DNA of 59,393 bases, counting the filler, from Platydemus manokwari (Eukaryota): assembly GCA_037951405.1 (NCBI GenBank). It is 5 parts of 5 records of this genome, joined end to end, with 100 filler letters (N's around TTAATTAATTAA, not from the genome) between each part and the next. Parts side by side here need not be neighbours in the genome. Positions count along the whole stretch, not along the records: positions 29,212 to 40,945 come from JBBMOY010495553.1; positions 41,046 to 49,917 come from JBBMOY011311093.1; 3 more parts are not named here. One strand, written 5' to 3'. Of the stretch, positions 35,501-50,017 are shown piece after piece. A program made the translations under genes and the position numbers. The notes under the pieces are model-generated. The model made no database searches. It saw only the letters and a list, made by a program, of their open reading frames with translations, and was not told where the DNA came from. How positions within the stretch are numbered: the stretch's first letter is position 1; each line of letters starts with the position of its first letter.

Positions 35501-38500
35501 TTGAAAACCAATACTCTAGACTGTCAAATAATTATAATCATGTCTGATTAATTTTATTTCTTATAATTAAAAGTTAATTTTACACAATAATAATTTGCAA
35601 CAGCTATCAGATGTGAGAAAACTCTACTTTAATTCGACCACTCAACCATAATATAATAGACATGTGAAATTTTACTGTCATTAATCGTTGTATGAAATCG
35701 GTTTAGTTTAATGATTGTACAAATATTATCTCAGATCGTGATTTTTTTGTTCAGAATTTGATGAAAGTGGTTTTGAAAATTTTTTCACCGCATTTATTCA
35801 CAACCAAATTAACAGTTTTCACTTTTAGAGCTTCATTGGATTCTATCCAAAAGTAAACTGAGAAATATATATAATTGAATATAAATATTAATATATATAT
35901 AAAATGAATGGCATTGAAGAACAAGAAATTTTGCAATTCGAATTTCAAGTTTCATGGAGCTGATCTTTCGAAGAACTATTTCAGAGTAGTTTTTAACTAA
36001 TTGTGTATGCACGTTATTAATTAATTTAATTTCCTGTGATACAAATGAGGAGCCATACTATAACAAACTTTTAATATCTCTGAGAATGATTTTTGGTCAA
36101 AAGATTTAAATTTAAAATTATTTTTGCTTCTTTGTCCGATTAGTGCACCAATAGTCCGGTTTTGTAATTCTTTTTGGTCATCAGTACAAGGTAAGACTTG
36201 AAACCTTCTGATTCATTCCTACTCAAACTACATATTCGATTTCATTATAATCTACAGCCGAGCTGTTGGTACAGCTTGTAATTGGATATAGTTTTCATTT
36301 CACCATAGCCCTCACAAAAATGATGACATCAGTGGAATATCAATAAATTAAATTGAATTAAATTAACGGAGCATAACTTGGAAATAAAAATGCTATCACC
36401 AACTTATTTTTCGGATGTTCATTGCACACTTAAAGATAATCGTTTTTTGTTTGAATATACGAGATCTTCTTGACCAATCGAAAACAAGATCTGCAAAAAA
36501 CAGAAGGTCGAATAGAAGGAGGATTGCCTAATTTTTTTTAAAATTTTCATTAATCAATACATTTTCATTGACCTTTATTCAGATTGAGTTCGATAAAAGG
36601 GATTGAGAGAAATTCTATTTTTGTGTTAAATTCATGTTTATTCTTCATCGTTATCATTTACTTTCTTGTGCTCATATTTTTCTGTAAAATTTTTTGTTCC
36701 AGTTAATTTTGTTGATGATCTAGACATTTCTGGGTGATTTCTTTACCAAAAATTCGGAGATTCCAACCGTCTTGTCCTTTTATACTTACATTTTTTTCGG
36801 TTTTGGATGTTTATCAATATTTCGAAGAATTGCGAAGATTAACTCATACATAGGGTGGATTTTTTCCTATGGAGGCTGGGTGATTTATAAAGTACACTTG
36901 CTTATAAATCACTGAAATACAATCCCATATGATATTTAGCCATTATTTTCAATCGATTTTCATACAACAAATTAAAACATTATCGTATGCGTGTTCCTCT
37001 TGTGTCCATCCGGGTAATATTAGTGTCTATACACGAATAAAATGGAGATCTTTATAATTCCAGATCAAATTTAGATATTTATTTCCAGTAATTAATAGTT
37101 CATTTTCTATTCGAATTTGAGACGCTATATTAATTGACGCTATTCTAATTGACTAAAAAATATTATCGGTTGGTGAATTCAGGAACTCATTGTTTGGTAG
37201 TCCTAACTCCACTGAAACAGAACACACAGTATATTTCTACCAATTCACATTCGAATCAGTTTTTTTTGGTAATATGTTTGCATTATTACCATATTCACTT
37301 TTAATTAACCACTTAATTGAGCAAAACCATATTAAATAGCAATTGCTGAGACAGTCTTATTTAGTTTAGGCTTTCCTTGCATCGTATTACCTTTAATAAT
37401 GACTTATTAATTCAATTCCAGTCGACTAATCTACTTAAATTTGGCGGTGAATTCGAAAAATATTTGTCAATTTATATTATTAATATTATCAGATCGTTTT
37501 TGATACGATCAGGTGCTCGGCAATCGAAAAAATCCAACCATAATCGAACGCCATTTAATCTTTGATTGATTCACCGTGTTATGAGCGATATTTTTGATCA
37601 ATTTACCACAAAACACCAGACATGTTAAACGACTCAACAATGTTTTTCTGACGATAATTTAGCATTTTATAACGGTCGTTAAATTATTATTTTCATAATC
37701 ATGAGAGATTTGTTGATATGAAATCAAGATCTAATCAAAGCAGGCGCACACGTCTCCTGAAATAAGTCTTATTACAGTAGGCGTGGATTAAAAAATTTTC
37801 AATGGACACTATTATGGAATATTTATAATTGTCGCTATGGTTACCTTTCATGTCACCAGATATTTATTGTTTTTCCCTTGTCTGATGTAGCTTTAATTGT
37901 TTGCCCTAATATATACATTTGGATTGTCATTTAATGTGCTTGAATTAAACCAAATTCTCGAATAATCGTTTTATAAGACACATATTTTTCCATTTCGTTA
38001 TTTCAAAATGAGAGAAGAAAAGATAAATTGATATGAGTCTGTTCGTGTGTTGAAGTCTATGAAACCGATAAAATTCAATACTTCATCAGAATGGATTTAG
38101 ACGAAAATCACAATGTTATCACTGTTCATATAGCTTTCAAACAAGTTAATGAAAAATCTCATTAAATAAATCAATAAAATTCGAACAATAAATTCCCCAA
38201 AAAATATATCAATTTTCAATGGGATCCCAATTCATGATAATAAGTAGAAAAAATGTGCCATCATCCTCCGATATCATTATAATTCTATTACAAAAGCCGA
38301 CACAATTAAAATTTTATCAGAGTTTTTTCATCTAAAACGATGGAAAAAGTCTCATTAGAAAATGTTACAGAAATCGGTTTGGCAATAAATTTGATAAGGT
38401 TAAAACTCGAAAAAGGCGCCACTAACAAATCATGAAAACAAACCTCAGTCATGGAAAGATTGATATGATTACCAAACTAGTGTCGTTGAAGCATGAAGCT

Positions 38501-39713
38501 CTTGCATCAATGATTTGGTTTTATCTACAATGCTAATATTTTCTTCAGCACAGATTCTCCATGCCGTTATTGATTATGGATTATTATTAATCAATGGGCT
38601 GAGTAGCCACCTGTAAACGATAGAAAAATCCTTGCTAATCCTCCGTATGAAATACTAGTAACTATTGTCTACTAAACACCTGGATTGACATGTTTCTATT
38701 CGCTAAAATAATACGTTTCTAATTATCCTGTCGCAATCGATTTTAATCTCAAACCAATAACAACAACAATCACAACAAAAAAAATAAAACGAGAAAAAAA
38801 GCAGTAGAGGAGGAAGAAGAAGAAAAACTCACAACTCCCGTTTAGTGAGATAATTACTCCAATAGTTTAGTAACGCAAATAAACAAAATACCTACAGCTC
38901 CTACCACAACACAGTGTATAAAAGAAACCGTATTGATCGAGTTAGCAACTAATCGACATAATGTTTGGTGTAAATAATTCGTTCTTCTTAAAAGCTTTCT
39001 TCCGGAAGTAAATAAGTTTTTCTGGCAAATTTTCTTTTCTTTTCTGGGTTTTCGAATTCTAATCTTGAGAAATGAAACAGAGAAAAAAACCCCCAATGTT
39101 TTCCTTTCGACTAAATATGTCAGAAAATCCAGGAAAAACAACCCAACAACGATGTGATAATTTAATTTCCGAAATTAATTGATTTGTTAATTGATCGTTT
39201 TTTGTTGTAAAATCTTCATTTTCAAAATCCATTGCGTAATTCGTACAATATCGTTTTTCAGTTGCTTATCGCGATCAATTCGCAACTGAAACACGTGTTC
39301 GCGTATCGATTTTGAGGGAATGTGTCGTGGAGAACTCATTGAGTCGATGATGATGTAATCAAACATCAACACCAACGTTGTTTGAAATTGTGATCTTAAA
39401 TTATTAATTAAAATTATCATTGATTGTGGCACAGATTAGGAAATTAGAATTTTTATCGAACCAAATCTGATTTCTTTTTATTATTAAATCATACGACATC
39501 ACCGGTATCAAATTTAATAACATAAAGGATAATTTTCATGTTGCCTCCGAACTAATAACAAATCTCGATTAATATATTAAATATTATTACAAGAATAATA
39601 ATAATTTATAACATTATAATCGAGATGTGCAAATAGAACACACCAATACTCTCAAAATTGTTTGCATAATACACACAAAATACATTTGTACGTTGCAAAG
39701 TTTCTATGCCTGC

Positions 39714-39850
39714 CTCACACAACAGCAACCAAGTGTGAGTGTGTGTGTGTCATTAATTTTCTTCTGAATCGCCGGCTCACTCAAACTACAATGGATTTGA
39801 TAAAATCGCTATAGTCTCAAATCGTATTGGTCCATTTCAAAACGACCAAT
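39714..39850 (+). promoter_or_regulatory. Putative proximal promoter elements of the T-box gene
   Basis: Inverted CTCACAC...GTGTGAG pair (39714-39720 / 39733-39739) and two oppositely oriented CCAAT boxes (ATTGGTC 39826-39832, GACCAAT 39844-39850), 80-215 bp upstream of the ATG. Function is inferred. Confidence 0.3.
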
Positions 39851-39927
39851 CAGTGGGCTCTGTTATTTTAAAACCATTCTTTAACAATTATTTTATAACA
39901 TTTTTACAAACTATTACATTTTTTGCT

Positions 39928-40433
39928 ATGACTGTCGATGAGCGTATAATGAATCGATATGCATTCTCCAATTACGGTTCTGCCCCATTTCAAAAACTGT
40001 TTGATGTTTCCCAACCTTATCTTCAAAACCCAACAGATCTCTTGCTATCGGCAAAGAGATTCCCCTTTCAATTCGGTACATATCCTTTGAATTTCTCCAA
40101 TTCCGTCACAGATTTATCGAAATTCAATGGTAATCCATTGTGGAAGTCGGGAAATTCCTATCAACAAAATGGCTTGCAATATTTTCCATTGGGTCATTCT
40201 CAGTTATATCCACCAATAAAATACTTCCCTCCACCTCCACCGAATTCGATGGATTTATTGAATAATTATCTCCAAGGACCCAGCCCAGATATGGTGAAAT
40301 ACATTGATAAAATTCGTGAAAACGAAATCGCCACGAAGATGAAAGACAATATCGAAGCAAAGCTGTGTGAAGAAGATTTGTGGAAACGATTCAATAATTT
40401 GACGACGGAAATGGTGATCACGAAATCTGGAAG
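39928..40433 (+). CDS. TBX2: T-box transcription factor, Tbx2/3/omb class: first coding exon only
   Basis: ATG at 39928 opens a P/Q/N/Y-rich N-terminus, then the T-box start KDNIEAKLCEEDLWKRFNNLTTEMVITKSGR. It ends at a phase-2 donor (AG|gttggt) at the intron position conserved in T-box genes. EMVITKSGR is typical of the Tbx2 class, but the subfamily call rests on few residues. Confidence 0.88.
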
Positions 40434-40945
40434 GTTGGTGTTTTAGCAGTTAACAATGCTGAGCAGATTTTTTTTGTTTCACTATATTAACTTCGTTATG
40501 AGTATCGTTGATCATTTCTGTTGACATATGGTATTGTGAAAGCAATTTGTTTGATAAATAATTATTTTATTTTCACCGCTTTCATCATCAGAGAGGCCAC
40601 TCGTGTTTTGATAAGATTTTTTCACTGGTGTCAGCCGCACTTGAAACATGATAGTCTTCATCGAGACTGTGATTAAAACAAGTGGGCTGTCTGTTGTTGT
40701 TAACATAACATTTCGGAACGATTTTTACAGGTCAATATTAATGGTTTTTTATTGTTTGAGTTTCCGCGCTGGTAGAAAATAAATCGTTTAACGTTCTTTA
40801 TTTGTTTTATTGACTTGACCGTATTTGGATTATCGATTTTATTTTTATTCAAATGTGACCTTGAAAGAAAGATTCAGTTGTAAGGATTACCATTTTTAGT
40901 TTTCTGTGAATCATTTAATATTGCCTATAGTGATATATATATATA

Positions 40946-41045
40946 NNNNNNNNNNNNNNNNNNNNNNNNNNNNNNNNNNNNNNNNNNNNTTAATTAATTA
41001 ANNNNNNNNNNNNNNNNNNNNNNNNNNNNNNNNNNNNNNNNNNNN
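40946..41045. other. Assembly gap with artificial linker
   Basis: 44 N + TTAATTAATTAA + 44 N, preceded by (TA)n. Confidence 0.97.
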
Positions 41046-41240
41046 TTATTAACTAATTTAAATATTTTTATCTATATCTGATTAAGATTGATTATCTCTC
41101 TGAAAATTGATTTTTAAAAGGTATTTAAATTTGCTTAAAATGGTTTTATTTATCGGTATAAATAAAAGTTAAGAAAATAGTAATGAAGACTTCTTTTGTT
41201 GACTCACCAATTCCAAGCGAAGTAGCTACTACTAACAAAT

Positions 41241-41254
41241 ATTATTATTATTAC

Positions 41255-41300
<46 letters not shown>
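41241..41300. repeat. (ATT)n microsatellite
   Basis: Near-perfect ATT run. Confidence 0.9.
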
Positions 41301-44300
41301 ATTGTTAATGTTAACATAAGTATTATTATTATTGGTATTGTTATTACCAATCCCTCATTTACAAAAATCAACAAGCCCTATAGAAACACAAGAAACAAAA
41401 GAAAAAATCAAATAGGAAATGGTGATGCCAAACTTGCACAGAGATCACGTGTATAAATGACGATGTAAATATACTCAACGCTAATTGGAAGCCAAGTTAT
41501 GGTTTGCGTTTATGAGATATTGTATTGAGTTTTAGAGTCGTATCGATTAGTACGTGTAATAGAAATAAAGCTTGCAAGCTTCAATTTTTGGATTCAGCAA
41601 TTATCCATAATTTAGTGCCAGCACATTGTTAGATTTTATTTTAATCATATTTCCAGTTGTGATTTTCATGGTTAATTTTTTATTATAATTCTACTATAAC
41701 AGTTTTATTTTAATTATAGGGCTTTTATAACTCAAACTTGACCTCGAACCATCATATGAGGAACTTCTTTTGATTGCTTAACAATCTTCCCGTTAAAGAT
41801 ACCGTCAATGATGCTAGATATGAATTATCAATACCAAAGGCACAATTAGATACTTTATAGCACTTTAGCTTCTTACAATGAAGCCAGTTACAAACGCCTA
41901 GCTCTAACAACGAACATATTGGCTTACTTGAGTAGTCGTCTATTTGAAATGGCATTTTCCCGAGTTTCACTGCTCTTTTCATACAATAATGTGATTAATC
42001 CCCAGATAATCAATATTTGCCACTTACAAGAAATTCTACAACATGCCTTATTAATATGTTTATATTCAAAAATTATTTTTTAATTTTAGATTTTTTATTG
42101 TTTTTGGTAAATGTGAAAATGTTTCTGATTATATTTGTTATTATTTATTATTATTATCAGTTATAATTGATTATATAAGTTATGTATTTTTTGTTATTTA
42201 TATTGATTATTTGATTGTATTTCTCTATCTCTAATCACTAATTTCTATCAATATATAAATCAATATATTCAATGAAAATCAATATGCTTCCATAATTCAC
42301 AATCAAATTGATCCCAACATTATTGTGTGGCTTGAGGCAGCTGCTCAGGTTTAGGTTGCTGTTGCTAACATTGCAAACACGATTGGAGTCATGGATCAAA
42401 AGATTTAATGATTTCAATCAACTATATTCGAACAAAATCCTCGATTGTATTTTTACAAGTTTCGAAAACTAAAGTTAATTTTTCTCTCATTTCAATTGTT
42501 CAAAAACTTCATCAAATAACATCAAGTTTTGACTGTTCTCGAGTTTCATCTCATGAAATTAATTGAGTAACATTTGAATTGTGTGTTTATAAAAATATCA
42601 AAGCAATCGAGTTGAGTTGCGTTTTTCTAAATTGAAATATAACAGCGCTCGCCTGTGATTTAAAAAGAATCACAGAGTGTGTTCTAAATTTCAATGAAAC
42701 TCACCGACGCATATATGTTTGTGATTCTTTACCAAGCTAATGTTTAATAAAATTCATCAATATGTTGAGGAAAACTGAACTACTACAAAATACAGTTCTC
42801 AGTAATCCGGGCCCCATCCTTCGTTAATCCCATCTCACTCGTTCCAGTTAGCAATAGCTCTATTTCAATTCCAAATTTATTTCAATAAGTTTTCAGCGCC
42901 TCTAAATTGTTTCATCTAATTGTTTATCTATCTCAACATCAAATTCAGAATTCCAAGCCCGATTTGAACAATCGCGTAGAGAACATCGGCGATAGCAAAG
43001 AGTTTTGTAATGTCATTCACATTTTATTGATTTTTATTCTTAACATTGTTAATATTAAGATAATAATTCAAGAAAATAAATTCCATTGGTGCATAAATAA
43101 ATAAATTGTTGTCGTCATTTGCATAGGTCATGATGTTTGAAATTTGGTTGATGTTTTAAGAATTTACATGAAAGGAATTTTATTATAAAAACTTTTGATA
43201 GAAAATAAATTAAGAAATTAAAGAATTCTGTTTATATCGAATGCAAAAAATAGAATCTAAACATAGATACAATAAAAGTCAAAGGATTAGTATAAGAATA
43301 TTTTCATTTAAACTTTATTGACATTTGTATTGAATGAATTATTGATTACCGGCCATGAATTTATTTTGAAAATTTTTATATCATTTAATAAAATCAACAA
43401 GTTTCGTAAGAAAATAATGATGAACTAAAGTTAAAAATGGATCCTAAAATAAAAATTTTAATTTGTTGAATGTATTGCAAAAATCTATATAGTTTATTTA
43501 ATTATATTATTTAAAAACATTTCGAATTTTTTAATTAAGTACTGAAGAAAATTTTAGTGGTTTAAGATTAAATATTAAATACACAAGAGCTTCTAAATAT
43601 ACTAAAATTTGATTATTTGAAAACGGGATCAAAGTAAATAGAATTGCAATTTATTGAAAATTAGCTACAGCCACTTTTTAACATTAGAATCAAATAGAAA
43701 TTTAAAAATTATTATTTTATAAAAATAAGCAATAATTTTATTAAACATATGTGTAATTAACTAACTCGATTTATAATTTAAAAATTTAAATTTAAAAACA
43801 AAAAATAAATATAGAAGAGTTCTGATTAGAATGGGAACTTGGCTTACAATTATAAAGAAGTTATCGATAATGATCCATTGAAATATTTCTTCGTAATTAA
43901 TCATTGTGTTAACTTAATGAAAAGAGAAAGAATTTAAAACATTTTACATTAGCCAGAATATCAAGAATAATTAAATCAAAAACATAAAATATCTATGAGC
44001 GCGTTTTTTAAAATTATTCTGCTTTGATAAATGGGTTTGCTAATGTAAATACATGGTAAGGTTGTGTTCAGTAAAACAATTTATACAATAAAGCGATTGA
44101 TTGCAAGCTGCTGAATAAGGAACGAGCAACTAATATAAAACCGAAAATTTTTCTCCAAAAAAAACCTCAAAGAATGCGAAATTGGAAACCGCAAAATATT
44201 GCTAAGCCATTTTTAACAATATTCATGAATTACACTTAAAGTGCTCTAAATTCGTCTATCGTAATGGTGGTGATCTAATTTTTAAGTTTAAGAGTATTTA

Positions 44301-47300
44301 ACTCTGAAATGAGTTTTGTTTAGTAATATCATACACCGCTTGTGAGATCAGCGTAGCGTAATTGGTGTTTAGTTTTTCATTGATTTTTATACGTATATTT
44401 CTATGTGTACCTTCTTGATTATTTGTTTGAGTTTTCGAAGCTGACATGGAAATTTAATAGAACATAATATTGATTTTTTTTGTTTTCATCTCAGTCTAAC
44501 TTAACGTGTAATTGGATTAAAAATTGGTCGTTTATATAAATAACTTTTCCTTTTTTATTTTCTGTTGATGTTAAACACAATTATGATATCAATAAATTGT
44601 ATTTTAGTCACAGATAAATTTCATCCAATCAGTAATTATTAATGTCAAGATCTTTGATTGGCTTCTGCCAAGAATGGTCTGTCGCTGGTAGGTACTCTTT
44701 TCAAGAAGTTTCCTATTTATTTAATATCGACTTATCGGCTTGATGGTCACATACTTTACTATTTTTGTTTCTTATGATCATTAATATCGGTATTTTAGGT
44801 TATAAATCGATCTGTGTTTTGAGATACGATAATTTAATGGTAATTATATTACCTATTAATAAACCAAAGTTTATGCGTTTAACCTTATTCGAACTGAATA
44901 TAATAATGACACAAAATAGCTTTATATTTATTATTTAAAAATCCAATCGGCGCTATTTGAAGAAATTTATCTAAAATTATGTCAATAAAACACAACAAAA
45001 ATCATAGAAAGGCGTTGATATTGAGTTGGAGCAATAAAGTGCAAGATTTAATAACGTGTGAAAGTAAAATTTCTTATTTCTACTGTACTGTTAACTCCTT
45101 AATCACAGCTGACACATGCTTCCAATTGCTTATCATATTTACTTAGTTGGTTAACAAATATGCTTCCATTTTGGTTTCTATTGGTGATAAGATAGTTTAA
45201 CCTTTTATTCATCCTTATTGGCTTTATCTAGGATTGAAATAGTGCTTCTTTCCATCATTTCGGGTAACCTTTTGCACAGACATAACATAAAATACTCAAC
45301 ATCTTATAAGAGATAACTCAAAAATCAAAAAACACATGAAGTACAGACACAAGAGACATTTTAATTAAAGTTCACGAACTGTTACTTAGCTCAAACAGTC
45401 CTCATTCAGGATATAAAATTATTATAAATGTGTTGATTGTTCTGCAGTATATCATTAATCTAAATTGACAAACTCGAAGTAAGAAATCCTGTTACAATTC
45501 TCTGATAAACGGTGAAATCCAAGACAGCACAATCAAATTCCAAAATGCAATTCATGATTGAATTACTTGCAAACTCAGCAGTTGTTGATTATAAAATTGC
45601 TCATCAAACCATTTTTTCAAATGAATCGGATTAAGCCGACTAAATTAGGAGAAGAAAAATTGAATTACAAAGTAAGTTCTATATTGATACTATTTCTGTA
45701 AAATTAAACAAAAAAATTTAAATTTGATAACTTTAATAATCCAATTGGGAGCAACTAATAATGACCTGCTTAGATTTGGCAATGTCTTAACGACATGAGA
45801 TTAAGGAATTTGTGTTCTTCCGGCAATAAAGCTTTTAAATCATTTATCCTCTTCATTATCAATTGTCACACACACATGCATATATGTTTAAGCTATATAC
45901 TAAGAAGAGTCGGATTCTTAGGAAAAAATGTGTTAATATCAAATTATATAACTATGTAACTTCATTAAAATTTGATAAAATTTCAGAATCCACCTCACGA
46001 TAAAAAACTTTAAACATAAAAATTCACCAATTTGATCAAAAACCAAAACGATAAGAAGTAATCTTGAATTGACATAACTGAAAAAATTGTTAAGTTTAAA
46101 AACCAATACAACTCTACGAGCCCTACTTCTATATCTGACTCCTTTCTACTCTATATGTTCTCACTGAGAGTAAACATTTCTGCTTAATAAAATGTATTTT
46201 CCAATAAATTTACAAAAATCCAATAAGGTAAACTCCCTTTAATATCTGTATATAATAATGTTCAAACCAGAGCGTAGTCCCGATATTTTACTTAGGACTA
46301 CCACTTAAAAAACTGCTCCTGGCTGCCTAATTAAGTTTTTGTAACAGAAACGTACATTAACCATCCCTATTGGTTGCTAAAACTTCTTAATTTTTATGTT
46401 TAATTCAAAAAACAAAATTTTCACCAAGCAAATAATATATTTTTATAATACACACATATTAAACAAATATTTTATTATTTTCAACATTATTTTTTAAAAG
46501 TAAAATGCTCACATTTTTATTTTGAAATTTTTATTTTTTTTAAAAAACTTTATTTTTAAAATATTTTTTTAAATTGAGAGATTACAGTAATAAACCTCAT
46601 AATAACAATAATACAGTGAGTTACTTCACTGATTCACAGCTACGGTAACATAAAAATATTTCAATTTTTGAGTAATTTGCCCATTTTTTTCAGAGTTTTT
46701 ACTTCTGGGATTCATCAGATTTAATTTAATTCACCTATTTTCTTATGACAAAACTACTTTGGCACTACCTAGGGCTAATATCAGTCCCTGGAATTCTAAC
46801 GATTCTCAAATAGTAATTCAATTTTATACTAAATGCTTCTTTGCTACGATCGATCAGTCACTGGTGTGATGACAAGGACATTAAAATTCGATCCGATTAG
46901 TAAATCTGTCAGGATTTATCACAATCAAAAAGGTGGTACAATGGCAATTTATCGAAAATATGAAATGATTCCTTAGGAGAAGTGTCAAATTCAATATCAA
47001 AACAAATGGTTGTCAATAAAACTGTTCAGCTGATATAATTGTGGAAATCAATAAAAAACTAATTACAAAGTTTGTTTATTATTATACCGACATACCCAGA
47101 AAACATGAGACGATTGATAAATTCTGGAAAGTTTTGGTTAATGATCTCCACAGATGAGTAAAATTGTTTTAACGCCATGACAACTCAAAAACAGTCCAAC
47201 ATTTCAAACCCCAATCCAATATTCCCAACCAACTCAAATAAGAGAACAATTATTTGATTATCTAACTGATTATTTGACCTGTTATTTGACTATGGGATAT

Positions 47301-49917
47301 ATTGATAAATTTATATTATCTTTAAAAATCTCGATTTATATATTGCTGATGACATATTATAGTACTTCTATCACTACTGTGCGATTTCTTTTCCATAACT
47401 TTTAAATATATGTTTATCACCTGTTGCCAGTCGTAGAATAAATAAAATAAATTAATAAATTTTCTGAAATATTACGACATGAAAATCACATGTGTTTAAA
47501 ACAAACGAAGTTATTTAATTAGGAAAAATAAATTATAAAAATCGCGGAGAGCTAAATATACCGCTGGGAAAGGAAAATGTACACAAATATATTAGTGTTT
47601 AGACTAGATAATTCAATGGAAAACTTTGAAATGAGAATAAAATTAGCATCAGATTCTGCTTTTTATCTTCATTTGTAATATTATTCTTGCTTAAAACGAT
47701 AGAATGTGCATTTATATAAAATAGAGATTCTTTCAGACGATTCCATTGAAATCTGAATTCCCTGGTTTCAACCAAAAATGTCTTAATGAAAAAATCTTTT
47801 AAAATTTAATTCCAATTAATAACAAAATATTCTGGTCTAAAATAGCTCGATTTTAAAGTGCAGATAGCTGGTGAAAGTACAGAAATAACCGATATAATGA
47901 TATCATAGCATCTGTCGCACTGATTGGCAGATTCCGGTTGCTGGAGACTCTGTGTTTATTCCTTACACCCATCAAATCATCATCAATGAGAATTGTGTAC
48001 CTCAAGAGGGATAATATTTTAAAAAATATAAATAGTATGACAGATCACCCAAGATATAATTATTAAAAACAAGCTTACATACTAAGTATAATTTATTAAT
48101 CGAAAGTTTTTATGCTATTCGGGTGACAATTGTTGAGAAGCCCATTGTAAATATAATGACCGAATATTCATTTCACGACATTTCACAACAATATCATTCC
48201 AAATCAATTAATTGATTCCGTTCAGCTGATAATATTGAGAACAAAATTTGACCCAATAAAAGCTGAATAAAAATCAAAAATCATAAATTTACTTATTAAT
48301 GAATAACCTAAAAATAAAGTTAAGCACAATTACAGTTATCGATTGATGGGGACTTGTGTCGTAACTATAATGAATAGTTTTATGATTAAAATTCATGCCC
48401 GAGAATAAGTGAGGAAATAACTAATAAATAATTCCAATAAGAGAGTTGTGGGGTGAAGAGTTAATGATAAAAATAACAAAATACTTAATTATATATTAAC
48501 CATAATATAATATATAATCAGCCCATAAAACCAGCCCGGAAACCAGAAATAGAAAGCATAAAGAGGTAAGGATAAGACTAACTTAAAGAACTGAGAAGGA
48601 TGAGGCTTAATTATGATCTATCAATGGAATTAAACGGCTTTGAATAATCATGGAGTGCCATGAATTTGATAAATCGACCATTACCTATCCATACCACAGA
48701 CCCATGTCATAATCATTCTATTCAATAGCATTAAAGGAATCTTTAGTACACGGTGCCATTAAAAATTATAGATGAATACAATGCCGTGGTTATTTTAATT
48801 TTTTCGAAACTATGTGCATTTATCTCTTGCGAATACCTTGTGATTATAAATGACATCATTTAAGGTATTAATTCTATTAACTAAAAGTGAATTTATTGAT
48901 AAATATCTTTATGATTCGAACCCAATGACTAAAAAACAAAGTCTCGATAAATAGCCAATTATCGAATAGATGCAATATTTCTTGACACATGTTTTGGATT
49001 ACCAATTATAAGATTTTCTTATGATAAAGCTCCAATTTTCTGTTGGATTAAACAAATCGCAAAGATTTAATGAAAATTTACAGAATAACAAAAAGATTTT
49101 TATGGGTTGGTGTGCTTTATTTGGTGCAATACGTGCGGGGTATTAAAATCAATAAATATCTAATTGATCTTTTAAAATGGAAAATATATTAAAAAATATT
49201 AATGACTAATTTAATGTTTGAATATATTGATCAAATATATTTTTTAATTTTTAAATTCCAGGATTCCAAGATAACCACGTATGTGAATTACATTCCACGG
49301 AAATCAATACCAGGCATGTTTAGAAAGAAGATATATATATATATATATATAAGTAAAATAGTAAATTAACAATATAATACATAAATTGAAAAAAACCAGC
49401 TGTTGACTGCACTATTAATTATAGATTTCTGAAAATATGCAGATCAACTATAACAAAAGCTCAACTAAATTTAAAATTATTGTGTTTTTATGAATGGGCA
49501 AGAAATATTCATTCATGCAAGCCTTTTATAAATAACTTTATTTTCTTTTCGGTCTCATTTGAATTGATTGAAGAGTAATTGAAAATTATTTTGTTAGAGT
49601 TTATATAATATTTATGATTATTTTTTACTAAATCAAACGAAAAATAATTTTAATTAAGAAACCGTCAGAGAGGAGAAAATGATAAATGAATGCGATTCAA
49701 TCAGTTATTTAGCCCAGATCTTTCTCAATGGAGATAATAAGAGAGTTGCGAAGAAAAATATTGTTTGATATTATAAGATTTTGTAATTATTGTTTATTTA
49801 GCTACTGGAGAAGAAGGAAACCAAAAGTTAATTTAATAAGCATGATATTGTTGTGAATGCATGTTTAAATAACGCCATATATAGCGACTATTAATTTAAT
49901 ACTTCACTAATATTATA

Positions 49918-50017
49918 NNNNNNNNNNNNNNNNNNNNNNNNNNNNNNNNNNNNNNNNNNNNTTAATTAATTAANNNNNNNNNNNNNNNNNNNNNNNNNNN
50001 NNNNNNNNNNNNNNNNN
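49918..50017. other. Assembly gap with artificial linker
   Basis: 44 N + TTAATTAATTAA + 44 N. Confidence 0.97.

Noticed and set aside
44642-44690. QEWSVAG resembling the T-box WxVAGKA motif
   Set aside because: The upstream RYKF/GLD context is absent, there is an in-frame stop just upstream, and KADP does not follow.
48905-48975. GGTTCGAATC B-box-like motif on the minus strand
   Set aside because: No cloverleaf or convincing A-box, so not callable as a tRNA or SINE.
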